Source: Rubripirellula sp.
GTDB taxonomy: Bacteria > Planctomycetota > Planctomycetia > Pirellulales > Pirellulaceae
Reading direction: 5' to 3'
NCBI GenBank assembly: GCA_965216875.1
Contig: OZ244207.1
Location: 3,328,001 to 3,392,000 of the forward strand
Length of the DNA: 64,000 nucleotides
Shown: piece after piece, positions 58,001-64,000 of the stretch
Layout: each line of letters starts with the position of its first letter
Numbering within the stretch: position 1 is the stretch's first letter
Program-made: the position numbers and the translations under genes
Notes under the pieces: generated by a model
What the model saw: only the letters and a program-made list of their open reading frames with translations
Database searches by the model: none
Told to the model about the DNA's origin: nothing

Positions 58001-58142
58001 CGGTCACGTTCGGCGGGGGAATCACGATCGTGAACGGTTTGCGGTCGGGGTTCACTTTCGCTGCGTTGCACTTGGCGTCATCCCACGCCTCTGTAATCTC
58101 TGCAGCCCGCTGGGCATGATCGAATCGAATTGGAATCGTCAT
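55056..58142 (-). CDS. valS: Valine--tRNA ligase
   Basis: PPPNVTGALHLGH, GTDHAGIATQ, ATTRPETMLGD, SRQLWWGHRIP, DVLDTWFSS, TMSKSKGN and a C-terminal coiled coil. Confidence 0.97.
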   Translation of the reverse strand: MTIPIRFDHAQRAAEITEAWDDAKCNAAKVNPDRKPFTIVIPPPNVTGALHLGHGLNNTLQDIVIRTKRMQGYEALWMPGTDHAGIATQAVVERRLKENENKTRHDLGRDALVERIWKWKDQYEARILGQLKRMGCSCDWDRTRFTLDETCAAAVRATFFDLFEKSLIYRGKRLVNWDTFLQTAVSNDEVKNVTQKGHFWHFYYPVIDPKPGEPERIEIATTRPETMLGDTAVAVHPDPAKALDKVEAELKKKLDEATDKEKEPIQTQLDALAERRASMLGSLEQLRDMALDGRQLMLPLMDRPIPLVADQWAKPELGSGCVKITPAHDPNDYEVGLRCELPMINILNSDGTINSDGGKYAGLTIKQARKQVVADLEKLELLGDVEDRDIELPLSDRSKTAIEPYLADQWFVAMAELSQSAIDAVEDQRVKIFPERYRKGYLDWLGEKRDWPVSRQLWWGHRIPIWSASCASKADADALLEKVNAIEESDQIATRADASEDGTVFVFVCLREENESLEQKVEALGLERDPDVLDTWFSSALWPHSTLGWPQKTAELDYFYPTSTLITSRDIITLWVARMVLMGLNNLGEIPFSEVFIHPKILDGLGETMSKSKGNGVDPIDVIDKFGPDALRFGLARIATDTQDVRMPVSFECPHCEERIDQTKKNRELKTIPCPKCGKTFSTQWAESEEDRAHPRAPVISERFETARNFVNKLWNAARFALMNFEGYAPQSVDVASLPLEDRWLLSRLSTVTSEVTEAIEHYHYAESSRILYDFAWDEFCSFYVEIAKPRLNDPDKRATVQAVLAHGLDTLLRLLHPTMPFVTEAIWEHLNDAAAERGVPEPKSVSKFAMLADWPVAEASHHDEAIERQFSEFQQVVSAIRQIRASQNIPPQETVPVAIRCSESSQSLLEPMQSYFAGLCGADIVQLGPGVEPFETNAPMALTAIDIDVHVDLEKFIDVEAELARLEKLQGQLTKQISGKEGKLSNENFVARAPEEVVQKERESLAELIRRRESVEADIERLKRKMG

Positions 58143-58298
58143 GAAGTTGCTCGTTTCAAAAGCAATGGATGTGTGGTGATCGGCACGAGAACGCAGGGAC
58201 GAGGACCTTGTTAAATCCCCAGTATTGCTCGGGGTTTTCCCGAATCGGGAACGTTCTCGAAGCCGGAAGGGTATCGAACCTGAGAATCGGCTGGAAGG

Positions 58299-59921
58299 TT
58301 ACTCTGCTTTCACGCCGCCCAGAGGCATCGATTCTTTGTGCAATTTGTATTCGACGGCGTCGACAAGGGCCTGCCAACTCGCCTCGATGATGTTTTCGCT
58401 AACACCGATCGTGCCCCACGTTTCGTCGTGGTCGCAGCTTTCGATGTTGACGCGAATCGATGCCGCAGTCCCGCCACCCGACTCGGCACCTTCGCCTGCG
58501 TCGACCACACGGACCTTGTAGTCGACAAGTCGCATGTCTTGCAGGCACGGGTAGTTGTCGAGTAGGGCTTTTCGCAAAGCCGCATCGAGTGCGTTGACCG
58601 GACCATGTCCCTCGGCAGCGTCAAACCAAAGCGTCTCGCCGACCTTCAACTTGATGATCGCCTCGGCAAAGACGACGTTGACATTGCTGTCTCGATCACC
58701 AGCGACGATCCGATACTTGATCGGTTGGAAGTGCGATTGGAACGTTCCGGCGATCCGTTTGACCAACAAGTCGAATGATGCTCCCGCGCTTTCAAACTGA
58801 AAGCCTTGATTCTCAAGCCGAACGACTTCGGCCAAGATCTTGTCCATCAGTTCGCGGTCATCTTCGATGTTGTGCTTGGTCGCAACCGCAACAATGTTAC
58901 TGCGTCCGGAAAGCTCACTCACCAAAATCCGACGTTCGTTGCCTACCAGCGCGGGATCAATGTGCTCGTAGGTTTGCGAGGCCTTGTTGATCGCATGGAC
59001 GTGCATCCCACCTTTGTGTGCAAAGGCGCTCTGTCCAACAAAGGGTTGTCCGTTGCGCCACTGCAAGTTCGCCGTTTCATAGACGAAACGACTCAGCTCG
59101 GTCAGGTGCTGCAGCGAATTGCCGCCAAGGACTTCGTAGCCATTCTTCTTGAGCGCCAAGTTGCCCATCACGGAAAGCAAGTCGGCGTTCCCGCAACGTT
59201 CCCCGATTCCGTTGATCGTGCCTTGCACCTGGGTCGCACCGGCGTCCACTGCGGCAAGCGAGTTGGCAACGGCGAGTTCACCATCGTTATGACAATGGAT
59301 GCCCACTTCGATGTCATAGTCCGAAAGTGCTTCGAGCGTTTTCTGTGTCAGCTCGGCAATTTCTTCAGGCAGCGTGCCACCATTGGTATCGCATAAGACC
59401 ATCCACTTTGCGCCGGCCGACGCGGCTGCCTTGAGTGTCTTGATGGCGTACTCGGGGTTGGCTTTGTAACCATCAAAGAAATGTTCGGCATCGTAAATCA
59501 CGTCGCTGTGCCGACCGAGAAACTCGGCACTTTCACCGATCATCGCCAAGTTCTCGTCAAGGGTTGCGCGAAGCACTTCGATGGCGTGATAGTCCCAAGT
59601 CTTGCCAACCAAAGTTACGCAAGGCGTTTCGGCTCCCACGAGCGCTTGCATCCCGGGATCGTCTTCGGCCTTCATCGACTTGCGCCGCGTCATGCCAAAA
59701 GCACAGACCTTGGTTTTGCCAACGTCGCGCGTCTTGATCTGCTTAAAGAACTCGACGTCTTTCTCGTTGCTAAGTGGATAGCCGCCTTCAATGAAGTCGA
59801 CGCCGATTTCAGCGAGACGTTCGGCAATATTCAGCTTGTCCTGCAAGGAGAAGCTGACGCCTTCACCCTGCGAGCCATCTCGCAGGGTCGTGTCGTAGAT
59901 CAGGATCGGTTTGAGACTCAT
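58299..59921 (-). CDS. cimA: Citramalate synthase
   Basis: DTTLRDGSQGEG, YDAEHFFDG, GIHCHND, AFAHKGGMH and regulatory domain GPVNALDAALRKAL...DYKVRV...WGTIGVSENIIEAS. Start at MSLKP. Confidence 0.92.
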   Translation of the reverse strand: MSLKPILIYDTTLRDGSQGEGVSFSLQDKLNIAERLAEIGVDFIEGGYPLSNEKDVEFFKQIKTRDVGKTKVCAFGMTRRKSMKAEDDPGMQALVGAETPCVTLVGKTWDYHAIEVLRATLDENLAMIGESAEFLGRHSDVIYDAEHFFDGYKANPEYAIKTLKAAASAGAKWMVLCDTNGGTLPEEIAELTQKTLEALSDYDIEVGIHCHNDGELAVANSLAAVDAGATQVQGTINGIGERCGNADLLSVMGNLALKKNGYEVLGGNSLQHLTELSRFVYETANLQWRNGQPFVGQSAFAHKGGMHVHAINKASQTYEHIDPALVGNERRILVSELSGRSNIVAVATKHNIEDDRELMDKILAEVVRLENQGFQFESAGASFDLLVKRIAGTFQSHFQPIKYRIVAGDRDSNVNVVFAEAIIKLKVGETLWFDAAEGHGPVNALDAALRKALLDNYPCLQDMRLVDYKVRVVDAGEGAESGGGTAASIRVNIESCDHDETWGTIGVSENIIEASWQALVDAVEYKLHKESMPLGGVKAE

Positions 59922-59954
59922 TTTGGTCCGGCTTTGTTTGGAAGCGTTCAATTA

Positions 59955-59992
59955 CGAAAAAACCCCCGAAGCTAAGGTTGGCCTCGGGGGTT
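59955..59992 (-). terminator. Intrinsic terminator (attenuator) upstream of cimA
   Basis: mRNA AACCCCCGAGGC-CAACCUUA-GCUUCGGGGGUUUUUU, ending about 35 nt before the cimA start. Confidence 0.85.
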
Positions 59993-60055
59993 GGATGGTG
60001 TGGCATGAGGATGTGTTGGTTCGAGCGTTGTCGCCCAACTTTTCTCGCCCCCGCG

Positions 60056-60121
60056 TCAAGGCTGAATCGCAATCACGATGACGCGGACAATAATCGAAGT
60101 GGTGTTAGTCACAGATCTCAT
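60056..60121 (-). CDS. Ile/Val-rich attenuator leader peptide MRSVTNTTSIIVRVIVIAIQP
   Basis: Read manually: ATG at 60121, TGA at 60058-60056; 5 Ile, 4 Val and 3 Thr codons in 21 codons, upstream of the terminator and cimA. Confidence 0.8.
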   Translation of the reverse strand: MRSVTNTTSIIVRVIVIAIQP

Positions 60122-60243
60122 GCCAAAGGTGGTTTGGTTGGGATAAAGGATACGCGGGCCCGATCGACTGTCAATTCCGTTTGAAGCGTTGGCGGGAATT
60201 TGGGAGGTCGCAGTACCGCATCCAGCCAATGTACCGGAAGATT

Positions 60244-60263
60244 CCGGCTGAAGCCGGTACTAC
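60244..60263 (-). repeat. GTAG-type REP-like palindrome (GTAGTACCGGCTTCAGCCGG)
   Basis: Palindrome ccggctgaagccgg plus GTAG on the minus strand, followed by a degenerate ~15 bp tandem unit. Confidence 0.6.
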
Positions 60264-60333
60264 AAACACCGGTACGACGAACACCCGAATACCCGACCCC
60301 ACAAACGGCCGACAAGTTCGCTTGTTTGGCTCT

Positions 60334-60744
60334 CTAGACGGCGCCAGACGCCGCTTTTTTTGCGGTCGTGCCGCCATTTCCGTTGCGACGGCGAGCCTGG
60401 ACGAACGACGAAACGCAGATCAGCACAAAGACCACACAGAGCGCAGCCATTCCCACTGACATCTTAAATGCCATGTGCTCGCCTCGGTCCCCATCGGACC
60501 ATTGGACGCCAAAGTAGATGACGCGTAGGAGGCCGATGACGACGCCCAATGCTGCGATCGACGCGGACGCGTGCATCGCGTGCTTGCGACGATGGGGGTT
60601 CAACGCAACCACACCGCAAAATAACGTCGGAATCCCCAACATCATTGGGACGAACTGACCGACGCCTTTGTCGAGCGATGTAACCAAACCGACCACCGTC
60701 AGTGCGCAGAGGAGCAATCCAAAAATGATGCCAACGCGTGCCAC
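60334..60744 (-). CDS. Small 4-TM membrane protein
   Basis: Four hydrophobic helices, RRKHAMHAS, VSSFVQARR. Start uncertain (GTG 60744 assumed). Confidence 0.7.
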   Translation of the reverse strand: MARVGIIFGLLLCALTVVGLVTSLDKGVGQFVPMMLGIPTLFCGVVALNPHRRKHAMHASASIAALGVVIGLLRVIYFGVQWSDGDRGEHMAFKMSVGMAALCVVFVLICVSSFVQARRRNGNGGTTAKKAASGAV

Positions 60745-60865
60745 TGAGTTGATCCGCCTGTGTCTGTCTCGAAGGGGTTGCCTGGTTGAAAGGGCCGCGG
60801 TTTCGGCCCGGTTGGGGCCGGAGTGTAACGAGCCGACCAGGGAATTAACAGTTGTTGACCAGCCT

Positions 60866-61966
60866 CTACTCGATCCGCAGAACCGGCAACCTTCCTCTGG
60901 CCTCGATCTGATTGCGAATCGACTCGGGTGTCTCATCGGGTGGAACGGGACGTTTGGCGGTCTCCTCAGGCTGGATATATCGGTCCCCCTGGCGAGTGCC
61001 GCGCCTAGAAAACTCGGCCTCCAGTTCGATCCTCAATGCTGATTTTTCGAGACACCATTGCGGCTCGATCAGGAAATTGGGCGGTGCATCACCACTGATC
61101 CGCTCAACAATCACGTGCGGCGGGATCCGCTCGAGGAAGTCGACGACCGTCTGCAGGTAGGCGTCGCGCTCCATCATCTTGACCTTCCCGGCCAGCACTT
61201 CCTCACCGAGCGGAGTCCCTCGAACCGCGTACAGGTTGTGGAGCTTGACGGCGTCAAAACCGAGCCGACCGACCTCATCGGCGGTTTGCATCATCATTTC
61301 GTAGGTCTCGCCGGGGACCCCCAGAATGATGTGGGCACAGGTTTCAAAACCGCGCCCACGACTGCGATCGATCGCGTTGATCATGTGCTCGTGACGGTGG
61401 GCGCGATTCATCCACTCAAGGCTGTCGTCATGGATGGTTTGCATACCATATTCGAGTGAAACGGGAACGTTTCTCGCCAACTCCTCGATAAGATCGAGCA
61501 CACAGTCGGGCACGCAATCAGGCCGCGTCCCGATCGCCAGTCCCACAATGTCAGGACTGATCCCCAAAGCAAGCTCATAGACCTCACGCAACTGGTCGGC
61601 CGGCGCGTAGGTGTTGGTCGCAGGCTGGAAATAGGCAATGAATCCCTGAACGCGGTCGTATCGCTTTCGGACCGTTTCCATCCCGCTAGTGAGCTGGTCG
61701 GCGACCCGTTGCAGTCGAACGCGACGCGATGGGCTGAAGGAGCGGTTGTCGCAAAAGTTGCATCCGCCCTTTGCGACCGCCCCGTCGACGTTGGGGCAGG
61801 TGAATCCAGCGTCGATGCTGACCCGCTGCACGCGGCCACCAAACTTTCGGCGCAGCGCCGCGCCGTAGCTGTTCATTACCAATCCGGCCGATTTCCAGGC
61901 CAGGGTGTCGTCAATTTGGGGGTCCTTCACGGTGGACGCAGTTGCCAAATGGGATGTGAGAGTCAA
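60866..61966 (-). CDS. TIGR01212 / YhcC-family radical SAM protein
   Basis: DAGFTCPNVDG...GGCNFC, AYFQPATNTY, IGTRPDC, HIILGVPGE, VKLHNL. Start uncertain. Confidence 0.92.
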   Translation of the reverse strand: MTLTSHLATASTVKDPQIDDTLAWKSAGLVMNSYGAALRRKFGGRVQRVSIDAGFTCPNVDGAVAKGGCNFCDNRSFSPSRRVRLQRVADQLTSGMETVRKRYDRVQGFIAYFQPATNTYAPADQLREVYELALGISPDIVGLAIGTRPDCVPDCVLDLIEELARNVPVSLEYGMQTIHDDSLEWMNRAHRHEHMINAIDRSRGRGFETCAHIILGVPGETYEMMMQTADEVGRLGFDAVKLHNLYAVRGTPLGEEVLAGKVKMMERDAYLQTVVDFLERIPPHVIVERISGDAPPNFLIEPQWCLEKSALRIELEAEFSRRGTRQGDRYIQPEETAKRPVPPDETPESIRNQIEARGRLPVLRIE

Positions 61967-62035
61967 AATAGTGCAAGCTGGGCGTGTCGCGCATCATCCC
62001 ATCTCTTTTGTTCACTGTCACGGGCGGGAGAGAAA

Positions 62036-62533
62036 ATGAACAAAAGTACACATTCCGAACCTGATTCGAGGCAGTCATCCGTGACCGAAGAGGAAAAGAA
62101 AGAATTCGCTGGACCGTTCGGTCAATTGACGCCCTGTGGTGGTGGAGACCCGATTCCGCTCCTGAAAAAGCGACTCATGGTTGGCCGCAAAGGGGAAGCT
62201 GACATCCAGTTGAAGTTCAACAACGTCTCGACCCAGCATTGCCGCCTCACCCTCGAATACGGCTATTGGTTTGTCCGTGACCTCAACAGTCGCAACGGAA
62301 CCAAAGTTGACGATCGCACGGTGATGCGTAAGCGAGTCGACCCCGACAGCAAACTGTCCATCGCGCGGCACGACTATATCATCGAATACGAGCCCCAGCA
62401 GCTCGGCGCTTACGGCCCTCCGCCAGCCGACGATGATTACATGGACGAGCTGATGCGTAGTTCGTTGATGGACCGAGCCGGTTTGCGAAAACGCGACGAG
62501 AAAAAGTACGGCAATCGCAAAGACCCATCCTAG
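62036..62533 (+). CDS. FHA-domain protein
   Basis: VGRK...VSTQHC...VRDLNSRNGTKV; GGAG upstream of ATG 62036. Confidence 0.9.
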   Translation: MNKSTHSEPDSRQSSVTEEEKKEFAGPFGQLTPCGGGDPIPLLKKRLMVGRKGEADIQLKFNNVSTQHCRLTLEYGYWFVRDLNSRNGTKVDDRTVMRKRVDPDSKLSIARHDYIIEYEPQQLGAYGPPPADDDYMDELMRSSLMDRAGLRKRDEKKYGNRKDPS

Positions 62534-62706
62534 GTGCGGGTGGCACGCCCATACTGCTGCGTTAACCGTTCACAGCTCGCCAGAGCGTGGGGCTCCACCA
62601 ACCACCTTCTGGCGATGGTAGGAACACTCCTTGTGCATTGGTGCCGCCTCGTAGAAGCTGTGCGAGTTAACCACTTCTACGTCACCCCCACTTTACGGCT
62701 TGATCG

Positions 62707-63018
62707 ATGGCTCAGCTCGCACACCACGTTTTCTTTACTCTCAAAGACAAAAGCGAAGAAGCTGTTGAAGCTCACCTGGCAGCTTGTCGCAAATACCTCG
62801 ACGACCATGACGGCTTGGTCGACTTTTCGATCGGTCGCCGCGATCCCGAGCTCGTTCGTGAAGTGAACGCACGTTACGACGTCTCGCTGCACTGCGTGTT
62901 TGCTGATCGCGCCGCGCACGACGCCTATCAAGTGCACCAACGTCACCTCGACTTCATCGAAGAGAACAAGCACAACTGGGAAAGTGTGCAGGTTTGCGAT
63001 AGCACGATCGAAGCGTAA
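62707..63018 (+). CDS. Dabb-family (stress-responsive A/B barrel) protein
   Basis: HHVFFTLK...YDVSLHCVF...AYQVHQRH. Confidence 0.88.
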   Translation: MAQLAHHVFFTLKDKSEEAVEAHLAACRKYLDDHDGLVDFSIGRRDPELVREVNARYDVSLHCVFADRAAHDAYQVHQRHLDFIEENKHNWESVQVCDSTIEA

Positions 63019-63089
63019 TCACGCGGTCGCCAAACACACGTGGGTTTGCGATAAACCGATTGCTCTCCTATCAAGCCGATTGAATCACG

Positions 63090-63437
63090 ATGAGCCAATT
63101 GATTTACAAGGTCGTCAGCCGATCGGCCTGGGAAGCAGCCATCGCTTCAGGCACCTTCACGGGTGCTGAAATCGATCTCGCCGATGGCTACATTCACTTT
63201 TCGAGTGGTGCGCAGCTTGCCGAAACCTTGCGGCTACATTTTGCTGGCCAAGAAGATCTCGTCCTCGTCGCCGTCGACACCGATTCACTCGGCGATCAAT
63301 TGAAATGGGAAGCGTCTCGTGGTGGTGCTCTGTTCCCGCATCTCTACAGCACCCTCGGAGTCGAAAAGGCGGCCTCGGTACACGCTCTCGAATTACGAGA
63401 CGGCGTCCACGTGTTGCCAGACGGGATAGCCTCGTAG
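63090..63437 (+). CDS. DUF952 protein
   Basis: IYKV...DLADGYIHFS...LKWEASRGGALFPHLY. Confidence 0.92.
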   Translation: MSQLIYKVVSRSAWEAAIASGTFTGAEIDLADGYIHFSSGAQLAETLRLHFAGQEDLVLVAVDTDSLGDQLKWEASRGGALFPHLYSTLGVEKAASVHALELRDGVHVLPDGIAS

Positions 63438-63475
63438 ACGACGTTGATCTCGAAACGCTGCCTGCTGAGACAGGA

Positions 63476-63677
63476 GCGATGGAGCTCGGCAGGAGCATCG
63501 CCCTCCCGGTTAGCGATTTTCGTGCTATTCGATTGATTCGTGGTTAATGATCCCCTACCGCTTGCTGGTCCAGGAATGCCGGTACTTTTTGTGCCTTCTC
63601 GTGCTTTTCGTGGCCAATCATTTCGCGGCCGAATTTGCGATGGAGCTCGGCAGGAGCCTCGCACTCCCTGTTAGCGA
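63476..63677. repeat. Two 41 bp direct repeats (REP-like), with TTCGTG-rich units between them
   Basis: gcgatggagctcggcaggagc...ctccc.gttagcga at 63476-63516 and 63637-63677 (3 mismatches), between convergent genes. Confidence 0.85.
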
Positions 63678-63716
63678 CTCATCAGTTGAATGTGCGCGGG
63701 CGAGCGCCCATCCCGC

Positions 63717-64000
63717 TCACTTGCCGATCGCTTTCAAGAACTGCTTTGCGGTCTTTGTGTTGGCGATGTCCTGTTTGGTTAACCCGCCGCGGCGGGCTTG
63801 CTTGATGCCGTATTGCATCACGTCCATTCCGCTGGTCGAGTGCGCATCGGTGCTAATCACAATCGGAATCCCGAGACGCTTGGCGGCAGCCAGGTGCAAG
63901 TCGTTCAGATCGAGCCGCGCGGGGTTCGCATTCAGCTCCAACATTTTCCCCGCGTCTTTCGTCGACTTCATCACTGCGTCGATGTCGACTTCATAGGGAG
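63717..64000 (-). CDS. polX: C-terminal PHP domain of DNA polymerase X (PolX/YshC-like); 5' part outside the window
   Basis: LELNANPARLDL...ISTDAH...YGIKQARRGGL. Confidence 0.8.
   Translation of the reverse strand, partial: PYEVDIDAVMKSTKDAGKMLELNANPARLDLNDLHLAAAKRLGIPIVISTDAHSTSGMDVMQYGIKQARRGGLTKQDIANTKTAKQFLKAIGK

Noticed and set aside
62036..62533. FHA protein as partner of the cNMP kinase
   Set aside because: It is about 17 kb away among housekeeping genes, and planctomycetes have many kinases and FHA proteins, so no link can be supported.
63476..63677. Possible mini-CRISPR
   Set aside because: Only two repeats, a 120 bp spacer and no cas genes; it fits REP-like repeats better.

Overview
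This is a gene-dense, GC-rich window from a planctomycete, most likely Pirellulaceae. The assignment rests on DUF1559, DUF1552/DUF1592/DUF1588 genes, several sulfatases, an ECF/FecR pair and planctomycete-type REP-like palindromes. Left part: two sulfatases, a GT2, and a ~16 kb minus-strand operon. That operon has a MoxR AAA+/DUF58/BatA-vWA/vWA/DUF4175-like/DUF4159 core, extended by a tetraheme cytochrome c built on an apparently catalytically dead 5'-nucleotidase fold, a giant exported thioredoxin-HEAT protein and a SIMPL-like protein. Middle part: an ECF sigma/FecR pair and two DUF1552 + PSCyt/DUF1588-1592 modules. One module carries a PQQ-like propeller fusion; the other lies in a tightly coupled operon with a DUF1559 protein, a sulfatase-cytochrome c fusion and a diheme Vgb-like propeller. 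A cNMP-Ser/Thr kinase is divergent from this second operon. Right part: housekeeping genes (aroA, apt, valS, cimA, a TIGR01212-type radical SAM, FHA, Dabb, DUF952, partial polX) and a pentaheme cytochrome c plus putative outer-membrane barrel pair. An unannotated 21-codon Ile/Val-rich leader peptide with a terminator and antiterminator lies upstream of cimA-valS. No rRNA, tRNA, CRISPR array or transposase was seen. Family names come from motif recognition by eye; no database searches were run, and many start codons are best guesses.
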